A stretch of DNA of 64,000 nucleotides from the NCBI GenBank assembly GCA_963773285.1, contig CAVZAM010000030.1:25662-89661 (forward strand), given 5' to 3'. The notes under the pieces are model-generated. The model saw only the letters and a program-made list of their open reading frames with translations, searched no databases and was not told the origin of the DNA. The translations under genes were made by a program, and so were the position numbers. Shown here piece by piece: positions 1-10,764 of the stretch; within the stretch, counting starts at the first letter, position 1; every line of letters starts with the position of its first letter. This DNA comes from an uncultured delta proteobacterium. GTDB taxonomy: Bacteria > Desulfobacterota > Desulfobaccia > Desulfobaccales > 0-14-0-80-60-11.

Positions 1-1
1 C

Positions 2-694
2 GGCGCTTCCCTGGTGTCGGTGATCGCCACCTCTTCCGGGGCCGCGGCCGCCTACGTGGAGGAGGGCTTCTCCAACATCCGCATCGGCATGTTCCTGGAA
101 TTGGCCACCACCCTGGGGGCCTTGCTGGGCGCCACCCTGGTGACCGCCATGCCCACCACCCTCATCGCCGTGATCTTTGGCGTGGTGCTGATTTACTCGG
201 CCTTTCTGTCGGTGCGGCACCCCCACGCCACCGGGACGGAAGACCGGCCCGACCCCCTGGCCACCCGCCTGCACATGGACGGCACCTATCCCAGCGCCAG
301 GGGCCCCGTGGCTTACCATGTGCATGCCGTCCCCACCGGTTTCAGCATCATGTTCGTGGCCGGCGCCCTGTCGGGGCTTCTGGGCATCGGTTCGGGCGCC
401 GTGAAGGTGCTGGCCATGGACCAGGCCATGCACATCCCCTTCAAGGTCTCCACCACCACCAGCAATTTCATGATCGGCGTCACCGCCGCGGCCAGTGCCG
501 GGGTTTATCTCAACCGGGGGTACATCGACCCCGGTCTGGCCATGCCGGTCGTGCTGGGGGTGCTCCTGGGTTCCCTGGTGGGCGCCAAACTGCTGATCCG
601 GGCCAGGTCCCGCTGGCTGCGCCTGACCTTCGCCGCCCTCATCCTGGTTCTGGGCTGTGAAATGATCCTCAACGGCTTGACCGGGAGACTGTGA
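2..694 (+). CDS. TSUP/TauE-SafE family anion (sulfite-type) exporter permease; 5' end off-window
   Basis: The ORF is open to the left edge. It is a polytopic hydrophobic protein with Gly-rich helices (GALSGLLGIGSGAVKVLAM, VLGVLLGSLVGAKLL) typical of TauE/SafE. Its stop overlaps the start of a DUF1634-type partner gene. Confidence 0.7.
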   Translation, partial: GASLVSVIATSSGAAAAYVEEGFSNIRIGMFLELATTLGALLGATLVTAMPTTLIAVIFGVVLIYSAFLSVRHPHATGTEDRPDPLATRLHMDGTYPSARGPVAYHVHAVPTGFSIMFVAGALSGLLGIGSGAVKVLAMDQAMHIPFKVSTTTSNFMIGVTAAASAGVYLNRGYIDPGLAMPVVLGVLLGSLVGAKLLIRARSRWLRLTFAALILVLGCEMILNGLTGRL

Positions 695-1101
695 CCATGC
701 CCTGGCTCAAACCCTGGACCGACAAGCAGATGGACGTGGCCATCGCCGTGATCCTGAGGGCGGGGGTTATCCTTTCCGCCGTGACGGTCCTGGTGGGGGC
801 GTTCTTTTACCTGAGGCATTATGGTTACAGCCACCCGGATTACCGGGTCTTCATGGGGGAGCCGGCGGCTTTGTGCTCCATTCCGGGGATCGTTGCCGAT
901 GCCCTGGCCATCAAATCCGGCGGCATTATTCAACTGGGCCTCCTCCTGCTGATCGCCACTCCCATCGTCCGGGTGGCCTTCGCGGTCCTGGCCTTCGCGC
1001 TGCAGCGGGACCGGGTCTACGTCATCGTCACCCTCATCGTGCTGGGGGTGCTGTTGTTCAGTCTCCTGGGCGGGGGCGGCAGGCCGGTGCAGGGGGGATA
1101 A
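691..1101 (+). CDS. DUF1634-like small membrane protein (usual partner of TauE/SafE permeases)
   Basis: 136 aa with 3-4 TM helices. The start overlaps the upstream stop (ATGA-type coupling). The N-terminus DVAIAVILRAGVILSAVTVLVGAFFYL resembles DUF1634. Confidence 0.6.
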   Translation: MTMPWLKPWTDKQMDVAIAVILRAGVILSAVTVLVGAFFYLRHYGYSHPDYRVFMGEPAALCSIPGIVADALAIKSGGIIQLGLLLLIATPIVRVAFAVLAFALQRDRVYVIVTLIVLGVLLFSLLGGGGRPVQGG

Positions 1102-1176
1102 TGGCGATGGCCGCGCTTAAGGCGCGCCTCCACGTAATCATTTTTCTAACCCGAACCTTTATAAAAGGAGAAACTC

Positions 1177-1566
1177 ATGGAAATCTTCGTCCCGAAGGAT
1201 CAGGTCAAGGAAATCTTCGACGTGTTGGCCGGGGAAAAAGTGTCCTGCGAGGTCACCGACAAGGAGTTTGACTTGATGGTGGCAGGCAAAAAAATCGCCG
1301 AGGTCACCGCCTTGGAGGCGGATCTTTTGGAAACCGACGTGCCGGTGATTTACGACCAGGGGCCCGAGATAACCCTCAGGGCCTTCCGGTTGCCCTCCGG
1401 GAGGAAAGTCCTCCTCACCGACGCGGACGGCAATTTCGTCCGCATCGTGGCACCCCGCCGCCGGGCTGGGAACGGTAGCCGGATAATTCATCAAGCTGCA
1501 AAAGAACCTGGTGGCATAGGCTTTCCAGCCTGTGCAAATTCTTTATGTACTTTTTGTACTTTGTGA
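1177..1566 (+). CDS. small hypothetical protein, tandem copy 1 (C-terminal frame disturbed)
   Basis: ATG 1177 follows AAGGAG (1165-1170). The first 93 residues differ from copy 2 at 10 positions. One extra base near 1452-1455 makes the ORF miss the conserved TAG at 1476-1478 and run on to 1566. No family recognised. Confidence 0.6.
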   Translation: MEIFVPKDQVKEIFDVLAGEKVSCEVTDKEFDLMVAGKKIAEVTALEADLLETDVPVIYDQGPEITLRAFRLPSGRKVLLTDADGNFVRIVAPRRRAGNGSRIIHQAAKEPGGIGFPACANSLCTFCTL

Positions 1567-1624
1567 AGCAAGGGGCAGAATCGATATTTTTTTAAAACGA
1601 TATAACCCATAGAAGGAGAAAGCC

Positions 1625-1924
1625 ATGGAGATCTTCGTCCCGAGGGATCAGGTCAAGGAAATCTTTGACGTGTTGGCCGGGGAAAAAGTGTCCTGCGAGG
1701 TCACCGGCAAAGAGTTTGATTTGGTGGTGGCAGGCGAAAAAATCGGCGAGGTCACCGCGCTCAAGGCGGATCTTGTGGAAACCGACGTGCCGGTGATTTA
1801 CGACGAGGGGCCCCAGATAACGCTCCGGGCCTTCCGGTTGCCTTCCGGGAGAAAATTCCTCCTCACCGACGCCGACGGCAATTTCGTCCGCATCGTCGCC
1901 CCGCCGCCGGGCTGGGAACGGTAG
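1625..1924 (+). CDS. small hypothetical protein, tandem copy 2 (99 aa)
   Basis: ATG 1625 follows AAGGAG (1613-1618). It is a paralog of 1177-1478. No family recognised. Confidence 0.65.
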   Translation: MEIFVPRDQVKEIFDVLAGEKVSCEVTGKEFDLVVAGEKIGEVTALKADLVETDVPVIYDEGPQITLRAFRLPSGRKFLLTDADGNFVRIVAPPPGWER

Positions 1925-1966
1925 GACGCACCCAGGGTCCGGGATATTGCCGCGCCCGGGCCCCGG

Positions 1967-3374
<1,408 letters not shown>

Positions 3375-3412
3375 CGGCTCTCTCCGTCCTCAATACATGA
3401 AGAATTATTTCT

Positions 3413-3627
3413 GGGAGGAGGACCAGGGACCTGAGATCCCTGCCCTCCCCCCAGACTCCCCTCCCAACCCGCCGAAGGTACTGGGCAAGGCTGGGGCCAT
3501 CGGGCCCGACTTTCCATCAGAAAAATCTGCCTCAAAGGATTGGGGGAGGGGGTAAGGGTCCATCGGCCCCGGTAGCACGGGCTTCCAGCCCGTGGGAACC
3601 CCCTTCCCCCGCTTGGCTCCGATTATG
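3413..3627. repeat. composite G/C-tract palindromic intergenic element (MITE/REP-like), full-length copy
   Basis: Hairpin GGGAGGAGGACCAGGGACCTGAGATCCCTGCCCTCCCC is followed by tail CCAGACTCCCCTCCCAACCC. After a spacer with hairpin CACGGGCTTCCAGCCCGTG comes the facing unit AAAGGATTGGGGGAGGGGGTAAGGG...CCCCTTCCCCC, then GCTTGGCTCCGATTATG. Confidence 0.8.
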
Positions 3628-3635
3628 TCTTTGAG

Positions 3636-3941
3636 CTAATTACCGGGCAGCTTCACCGCCAGCACGTCCACCTTGTCGATCACCGGCGGCTGGGAAAAAA
3701 GCTCCGGGGCCTGCGCCATGAGCGCGGCCGCCACCTTGCCCGTGAGGTGGGCCTGGCGGCCTGCTTCGTCGGGGAAGGCATCAAAGATCCCGAAGGTGGT
3801 CGGCCCCAGGCGCAGCGCAAACCAGGCGGTGGTGGCCGGCTCCTGCTGCACCACGGCCAGCCCCCCGCGCAGGAAATTCTCCACATCCGCCTCTTTTCCC
3901 GGCTTGGCCTCCAATTTGACCAACAATGCTACCTTAACCAT
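3636..3941 (-). CDS. ABM-domain (antibiotic biosynthesis monooxygenase / YgiN-like) protein
   Basis: 101 aa. The pattern MVKVALLVKLEAKPGKEADVENFL...WFALRLGPTTFGIFDAFPDEAGRQAH fits the small ferredoxin-like ABM fold family. Confidence 0.6.
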   Translation of the reverse strand: MVKVALLVKLEAKPGKEADVENFLRGGLAVVQQEPATTAWFALRLGPTTFGIFDAFPDEAGRQAHLTGKVAAALMAQAPELFSQPPVIDKVDVLAVKLPGN

Positions 3942-4027
3942 GGCCTGCCTCCTTCAAATTATCTTTGCAGCGGCCTTTCGGCTCTTGAGCCCCCCTCCTT
4001 TCCTATGCAGGGACAGCTGTCAACCCT

Positions 4028-4076
4028 TTCTCCCTCTCCACCCGCTGGCGGGGGGAGAGGGATGGGGTGAGGGGGG
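4028..4076. repeat. CCCTCTCC...GGGGAGAGGG hairpin followed by GGGGTGAGGGGGG (second repeat type)
   Basis: Sequence TTCTCCCTCTCCACCCGCTGGCGGGGGGAGAGGGATGGGGTGAGGGGGG. The same hairpin plus GGGGTGAGGGG tail recurs at 45779-45826. Confidence 0.7.
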
Positions 4077-4088
4077 AAATTCTTTTCA

Positions 4089-5763
4089 TTATTCGCCCAC
4101 ACACACTAACTCCCCAGGCAGGGTCAGGCGCCCCAGCTTGTCGGTGAGCCTGGTGTTCTCCGAGTAGTCCACCGGGCAGGCGATCACCGACACCGTGTCG
4201 TCGGCCAGCGCCCTGGTCAGCGTCGGCAGTAACTCATCGGCCGCCCGGATAAAATACCCCCTGGCCCCGAAGCTCTCGGCAAACTTGACAAAATCCGGGT
4301 TGCCGAAGTCCACGTGGGAAGAGCGCTTGAGCTGCATCTCCATCTTCCACTTGATGAGGCCGTAGCTGCCGTCCACCCACACCAAAATCACCAAGGGGAT
4401 GTGCTCCCGCAGTGCGGTCTCGATTTCCTGGGCGTTCATCAGGAAGCCGCCGTCCCCGGTGACGGCCAGCACTTTTTGCCCGGGAAAGGCCAGCTTGACC
4501 CCCAGGGCGCCGGGCACCGCGAACCCCATGGTGGACAGGCCGTTGGACACCAGGCAGGTGTTGGGCTCATAGGTGGGATAAAGCCGCGCCATCCACATCT
4601 TCACGGCGCCGCTGTCCACCAGGACAAAATCCTCCCGGCCCAGGGCGGCGCGGGTGTCGGCCACCAGCCGCTGGGGTTTGACGGGATAGGAGGCGTCCTG
4701 CCGCCCCCGTTCCAGTTCCTCCCGGAGGAGACACCGGATATTGCGCTCGGTGGCCACCAGCCCCGGTTTGGGGGAGACTCTGGGCGGCCAGCGCCGTGAG
4801 CGCCGCGGCAATGTCCCCGGTCACATCCGCAGTGACGTTGTAATGGGTGTCCACCACCGCCCCGAAGCGGTGCAGGTGAATGATCTCCTTGTCTTTCAGG
4901 GGGTTGATCCGGGCCGGGGCAAACTCCTGCAGTTCGTAGCCGACGCTGACAATCACATCCGCCTCGTCGAAGCCGAAGTTGACATAATCGTGCACCATGA
5001 AGCCCATGGCGCCCAGGGCATAGGGGTGATCGTCAGGGAAAACCCCCTTGCCGTGAAAGGTCGTGGCCACCGGGATGCGGAGCTTCTCGGCGAACTGGAT
5101 CAGGGCCTTCTGGGCCTGGTGGCGGGCGGCGCCGTGCCCCGCCAGGATGATGGGGGTTTTGGCGGCCTCGAGAATCGCCGCCGCCTGGGCGATCTGCTCA
5201 GGAGAAGGGGACTCCGGCGGCACCGGGTAGACCCGCAGGGGCTTAAGCGATGGGTCGGCGGCCATCACGGCCACATCCTGGGGAATGGCCAGGTAGACCG
5301 AGCCGGGGCGCTCCCGCTGGGCGACGCTGAAGGCGTGGCGGATCATCTCGGGCGCGGCCGCCGGGGTGAGGAGCGTGTCGGCCCACTTGGTCACCGGCTT
5401 GAACATGCCCACCAGGTCCACCACCTGGTGGGTCTCCTTGTAGATCCGGCCCAGCCCCACCTGGGCGCTCATGGCCACCAGCGGCGCACTGTCGGTGTAG
5501 GCGTCGGCCACCCCCAGGAGCAGGTTGATGGCCCCGGGGCCCAGCGTGGCGAGACACACCCCGGCCTTCCCGGTCACCCGGCCGTACAGGTCGGCCATGA
5601 ACGCCGCCGCCTCCTCCGAGCGGGTCAGGATAAAGCGGATGGATGACTGGTCCAGGGCATCTACCAGGGGAATGATCTCCTCCCCGGGAAGCCCGAAGAT
5701 AAAGGCCACCCCCTCGTTTTCGAGGCAGCGGGCCATGAGCTGGGCGACGTTCATTTCAGCCAC
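4089..5763 (-). CDS. thiamine-diphosphate enzyme of the acetolactate synthase (large subunit/AlsS-like) family, apparent frameshift at 4770-4774
   Basis: N-terminal PYR domain (FGLPGEEIIPLVDAL, ATLGPGAINLLLGVADAY) and C-terminal PP domain (GDGGFLMNAQEIETA) are present. ORF pieces 4567-5763 and 4089-4811 join in a G5/C5 run. Confidence 0.85.
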
Positions 5764-5807
5764 CGGGGGCCCTTATGGATCGACAGCATTGCCAATAACG
5801 TCTCCTT

Positions 5808-5964
5808 GAGGGGCTAAGCGTGCCCTTCACTCCCTCGCCCCCACCCCCATTTCCTGGGGTTCACGCTTGAGCCGTGGCCTTGGCTCCCGGCTCAAGCCGA
5901 CTCACTAACAGGGTTGGGAGAGGGGTGGGGGGAGGGCAGGGACCTCAGGTCCCTGGCCCTCCCC
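5808..5964. repeat. composite G/C-tract palindromic intergenic element, full-length copy (opposite orientation)
   Basis: GAGGGGCTAAGCGTGCCCTTCACTCCCTCGCCCCCACCCCC, then a spacer hairpin GCTTGAGCCG..CGGCTCAAGC, then GGGTTGGGAGAGGGGTGGGGGGAGGGCAGGGACCTCAGGTCCCTGGCCCTCCCC. Confidence 0.75.
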
Positions 5965-5975
5965 ACATAACAATC

Positions 5976-7641
5976 TTACTCCCCCGCCCGCTTCAGCCCG
6001 TACAGCGTCTGGATGGACTCGTGGAGGCGCTCGGCCATGGGCGAGGCCGCCATCATATCCGTCACCACCTCGATATAGGCCCCGGTGCCGCAGGTAGCCG
6101 CCTTTTCCATGGCCGCGTCCAGCTCGCCGTTGGTGGCGGCCCTGGCGCAGAACCAGTCGGTGCAGCCCATGACCCTGGGGAGCTGCTGGTAATCCCACCC
6201 GGCCAGGTCATTGTAGCTGGCCAGGGGCTCCTTGCAGAGCAGCCGCTCGATGAGATAGCCCTGGTTGTTGAGGCAGAAAATAATGGGCTTCACGCCGTAG
6301 CGGCAGAACTGGCCGATCTCCTGCGCCGTCATCTGGTGGGCCCCTTCGCCGGTGATGAGGACGGTGCGCTTTCTCCGGCGCAGCCAGGGCCGCGCCCAGG
6401 GCCGCCGGGGTGCCCCAACCGATGGAACACCACAGGGTCTGGTTCAAAAAGACCGATCCCCTGGGCATCAGGGCAAAGGCCAGGCCCATGGAGACCGTGC
6501 CCGTCTCGGCGACCACCAGGTCCCCCGGCCTGAAAAAACTCTCCCAGCGCGGGTAAAGGTAATCAGGCGTAATCTTGTCATGGGAAGCCCCCTGGGGCGC
6601 GCCGAGGCCGTGGACCTTGGGCGCGGGGACCTGCTTTTTCCCCACCTTTCCGGCCAGGGCCACCAGGGCGTCGCACATTTCGATATCCGGGAAGAGCGCC
6701 CGGCCCACCTGCACATAGTGATGACGCACCGAGATCATCCTGGCCGGGTCGATATTGGCGGTGAAGGCGCCGGTGTTAAGGTCGCTCCACAGGGCCCCCA
6801 GGTTCAGGACGCAGTCGCAGCCCTCCACGAACTCCCGGATATCCTGGTTCATGATGCGGCCGTCGTACATGCCGATATACTGGGGGTGGGTTTCGTCCAG
6901 CGCGGTTTTGTCCATGAACATGGTGGCGAAAGGCAGGCCCGCGGCCTCCACCAGGGCCATGGCCTGGGCGGTGCACCCCAGCCGGGGGATGAGATACCCT
7001 GCCAGGATGACCGCGGTTTTCGCTTTGTCGAGTTTTTCGGCAATAGCCTCCACCGCCTCCTTGAGGGCTTCCGGATCGGTGGCGGGCTCCAAGTCCTGGC
7101 CCACGGCCGCGGCCGGGAGTACCGGGGCGGTGGCGCAGTCCGCCGGGATGCCTATATGCACGGGGCGGCGGTGGGCCAGGGCCGCGGCAATCAGGCGCTC
7201 CACCTCCACGGCGGCGTTCTCCGGCGTCAGCACAGCGCTGGCGCACACGGCCGGCCGGGACATTTTAAGGAAGACGTCGAACTCGCCCTTTCCCAGGGTG
7301 TGATGCACCAGCCGCCGTTCCCGCTGGGTCTTGGTGTTGGGCATGCCGGCCAGATGAAAGACGGGGACATGTTCGGTGTAAGAGCCGGCAATGCCGTTCA
7401 GGGCGCTCAGTTCCCCCACCCCGAAGGCCGTGGACAGGGCCCCAAAGCCCTTCACCCGGGCGTAGCCGTCCGCGGCATAGGCTGCGTTCAGTTCATTGCT
7501 GGTGCCGATCCAGCGGAGTTCCGGGTCCTCCACCACCGCGTCGGTGATGCCGAAGGAGAAATCCCCGGGGACGCCGAAGACCTCCCGGATACCCAGCTTT
7601 TTAAGGCGCGCCAAGACATGCTCCACCACGGTAACGGCCAT
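5976..7641 (-). CDS. 2-oxoacid decarboxylase of the pyruvate/indolepyruvate/phenylpyruvate decarboxylase family, apparent frameshift near 6373
   Basis: The N-terminus is close to PDC/IPDC (VFGVPGDFSFGI, NELNAAYAADGYARV, FGVGELSALNGIAGSYTEHVPV, HHTLG). Pieces 6208-7641 and 5976-6332 join at ...APEK/RTVLITGEGAHQMTAQEI. Confidence 0.85.
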
Positions 7642-7905
7642 GTTATTTCCTCCACCTGCGACCAGATCGCCGCGTCCGCACTTCTTCCCTCAGCTCATCT
7701 CTCTCGGCTGATTACCTTTAAAATAGGGATTCCACCAGGTAAAGCAAGGACGTTTTTGTTGCAGATCAGGAGAGCGGCCGGCGATTTTTATCATGCCGGT
7801 CCTGCCGCCCGGGCCGTCGGCAAGAAAAGGCTTGAGGCCGCGGGTGCGGGAATATATCTTTAAACAAGGCTGACATTTTTCTCTCGGCGTTCAAAGGAGG
7901 CTGCC

Positions 7906-9033
7906 ATGGCCGACATTCTGCGTTTTGCCGACAAGCTGGGGCCGGCAAAGATTATCCAGGTGTATGAACCCACCATCGATTTGAAAGCGGTGCTGGTCAT
8001 CGACAATATCGCCATGGGACCGGCGGTGGGCGGCATCAGGATGGCCCCCGACGTTTCCATAGAGGAGTGCGTGCGGCTGGCCCGTTCCATGACCCTGAAG
8101 AACGCCGCTGCCGGCTTGTCCCACGGGGGCGGCAAAACCGTGGTCTACGCCGACCCCAAAACCCCCAAGCCGGAAAAGGAACGGCTGATCCGGGCCCTGG
8201 CCAGCGCTTTCAAGAATTTCCCCGAATACGTCATGGGCCCGGACATGGGGACCGACGAAGAGTGCATGGCCTGGATCAAGGACGAAAACAACAACCGTAA
8301 TGTCACGGGCCTCCCTGCCGAGGCCGGGGGCATTCCCATCGACCAGATCGGCGCCACCGCCTGGGGCATCAGGCACGCCATCGAAGTGGCCCTGCCTTAC
8401 GCCTTTCCGGCGGGCTTCACCCTGAACGGGGCCCGGCTGGCGGTCCAGGGATTCGGCGCGGTGGGTAAAAACGCCGCCCGTTTCCTCACCGAACAGGGAG
8501 CCGTCCTGGTAGGCGCGGCCGATTCCCGGGGGTCGCTCTACGACGCCGATGGCCTGGACGTTAACAAGCTGGTCAGGCTGAAAGACGCCGGCAAAAGTGT
8601 CGTCGATTACCCCGATGCCAAGAAAATGGACCGGGATGCCATCGTCGGCTTCGATTGCGACATTTGGATCCCGGCGGCCCGCCCCGACGTGGTCAATGAA
8701 GGCAACATGCACCTCCTCAAGGCCAAGCTGGTGGTGGAAGGCGCCAACATCCCCATCACCCCCGGCGCCGAAAAACACCTGTATGACCAAGGGGTGATCT
8801 GCATCCCGGATTTCATTGCCAACGCCGGCGGGGTCATCTGCGCCGCCATGGAATACCGCGGCAAAATCGAAAGCGAGGCCATCCAGATTATTCAGGATAA
8901 AATCCGGCTCAACACCCGCCTCGTCCTGGAGGAGTCCAGGAGCAAGGGCATCCTCCCCCGGGAGGCGGCCATGAACCTGGCCGTGGCCCGCGTCGAAAAG
9001 GCCATGTCCTTCAAACGCTGGTCCATTTATTGA
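7906..9033 (+). CDS. Glu/Leu/Phe/Val dehydrogenase family enzyme, short Leu/Val/Phe-dehydrogenase-like form
   Basis: Motif GGIRMAPDVS...MTLKNAAAGLSHGGGKTVV and Rossmann GFGAVGKNAARFL are present. The 375 aa length fits the Leu/Phe/Val-DH type better than a 450-aa GDH. Confidence 0.85.
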   Translation: MADILRFADKLGPAKIIQVYEPTIDLKAVLVIDNIAMGPAVGGIRMAPDVSIEECVRLARSMTLKNAAAGLSHGGGKTVVYADPKTPKPEKERLIRALASAFKNFPEYVMGPDMGTDEECMAWIKDENNNRNVTGLPAEAGGIPIDQIGATAWGIRHAIEVALPYAFPAGFTLNGARLAVQGFGAVGKNAARFLTEQGAVLVGAADSRGSLYDADGLDVNKLVRLKDAGKSVVDYPDAKKMDRDAIVGFDCDIWIPAARPDVVNEGNMHLLKAKLVVEGANIPITPGAEKHLYDQGVICIPDFIANAGGVICAAMEYRGKIESEAIQIIQDKIRLNTRLVLEESRSKGILPREAAMNLAVARVEKAMSFKRWSIY

Positions 9034-9037
9034 TTCA

Positions 9038-9218
9038 TGGGGGAAGGGCCAGGGACCTGAGGTCCCTACCCTCCCCCCAGACCCCCCTCCCCACCCGCAT
9101 AGCAATCTGGTAGCCCAGGCATCTTGCCCGTGCTGACCGCCACCCGCTATAAGGGGTTGGGGGAGGGAGTTTGAGGGAGGGGGCAGGGGTCCGCTGACCC
9201 CTGGCTCCCTCCCTCAAA
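9038..9218. repeat. composite G/C-tract palindromic intergenic element, full-length copy
   Basis: TGGGGGAAGGGCCAGGGACCTGAGGTCCCTACCCTCCCCCCAGACCCCCCTCCCCACCC, then a spacer with GGTAGCCCAGGCATCTTGCCCGTGC, then AAGGGGTTGGGGGAGGGAGTTTGAGGGAGGGGGCAGGGGTCCGCTGACCCCTGGCTCCCTCCCTC. It lies between convergent stops. Confidence 0.8.
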
Positions 9219-9229
9219 TTTTTTCCTGC

Positions 9230-10649
9230 CTACACATGAAGCGCCAGGAGGCGCAGTTCGGTGAGTTCCTCGATGGCGTAGCGCAGGCCTTCCCGGCCGA
9301 AGCCCGAGTTTTTGATGCCGCCGTAGGGCATGTTATCCACCCGGAAGGCCGGCGCGTCGTTGATGATCACGCCCCCCACCTCCAGGGTCTCGAAGGCCTG
9401 CCAGGCGTGGGCCAGGTTCCGGGTAAAGACGCCGGCCTGGAGCCCGTAGTCGGTGTCGTTGGCCATCTCCAGGGCCTGGGTGAAGTCGGCAAAGGGGGCC
9501 AGCGCCACCACCGGCCCGAAGACTTCTTCCCGCCACACCGCCATCTCCCGGGAGACATTTTCCAGCACCGTAGGGGGCATCCGGTTTCCTTCCCCCAGGC
9601 CCCCGGCGGTGAGATTCGCCCCGGCGTCCAGGGCTTCCTGGATGTGCTGCCTGATTTTGGCCGCGGCGTCATGGGAAATGAGCGGCCCCACCACAGTGTT
9701 TTCCTGGAAAGGGTCCCCGGTCACCACCTTGTCCTGCAAAACCCGGAGGAATTTTTCTTTAAAGGCGCTCATAGACCTCCTGGTGCACCAGGAGGCGCTT
9801 CACCGCGATGCACACCTGGCCGGCGTGGGAGAAGGCCCCGGTGGCGGCCCGGGCCGCGGCCAGCGTCAGGTCGGCGTCGGCGTCCACGATGCAGGCGGCA
9901 TTGCCCCCCAGCTCCAGGGTGACCTTTTTGCGCCCCGCCTTACTTTTAAGGCGCCAGCCCACCGCGGCGCTGCCGGTGAAGGACAGGGCCTTCAGGCGGT
10001 CATCCGCGGCGTATTTCTCCGCCACCCGGGAGGAACTGGGCAGCACCTGCAGCCCCCCGGGGAGGAGGCCGGCCTCCGCATAGATCTCCGCCAGCTTGAG
10101 CGCGGTGAGGGGCGTAGCCGAGGGGGGCTTGACGATGATGGGGTTCCCCGCGGCGAGCGCCGGCCCCACCTTGTGGGCCACCAGGTTGAAGGGAAAATTA
10201 AACGGGCTGATGCCCAGGACCGGCCCCAGGGGGAAGCGCCGGGTCAGCCCCCAGCGCCCTTTGGTGGTGGCGGTGAGATCCAGAGGCAGCACCTCGCCCC
10301 CGATCCTGGCGGCCTCCTCGGCGGCGAGAGTCAGGGTGAGCACCCCCCGGCCGATCTCCAGGCGGGCGTAGGTTATGGGTTTGCCCCCTTCGGCCACGAT
10401 GATCCGGGCCAATTCCTCCTGGCGGGCCTTGACCCCGGCCGCCAGCCTGGCCAGCATCTCCCGGCGCTCCAGGCTGGAGAAGGCCCTCATGGTCACCGCG
10501 GCGTTCTGGGCCGCGGTCAGGGCCGCTTCCCACTCGGGCTCGCCGGCCAGGGTCACCTCGCCCACCGTCTCCCCGGACCAGGGCGAGGTGACGGCCAGCC
10601 TCTCATCGGTTTCTACCCATGCATTGTTGATGAAACAGCCCTTGAGCAT
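9230..10649 (-). CDS. NAD(P)-dependent aldehyde dehydrogenase, apparent frameshift near 9770
   Basis: ALDH motifs are present: FNFPFNLVAHKVGPALAAGN, ELGGNAACIV, catalytic-Cys region HAGQVCIA, and PYGGIKNSGFGREG. Pieces 9759-10715 and 9230-9772 join at VYER/FKEKF. The start is taken at ATG 10649. Confidence 0.85.
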
Positions 10650-10764
10650 GTCAGGTGTCCTTCCCGAATACAAATTTGTAACAGCATGTGCTCCCCTTCC
10701 CGACCATAGCAGCAAATCACCCGGAAGTCAGCCACTCCGGGTGCTTGGCCGTCGGGGAGCTTTA

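Noticed and set aside
7891-9105. Long ORFs antisense to or out of frame with conserved genes. Examples are 2442-3434, 4741-5646, 6352-7863, 7891-9105, 9453-10709, 14205-15332, 19592-20440, 20376-21899, 21915-22733, 24488-25432, 41551-42849, 52418-53470, 53477-54754, 55220-56284, 56777-58120, 58142-59119, 59344-60201, 60282-61472 and 62893-63762.
   Set aside because: These are typical high-GC shadow ORFs. Their translations are Gly/Arg/Pro/His-rich and low in complexity, with no recognisable motifs. Each is completely overlapped by a gene with strong family signatures in another frame or strand.
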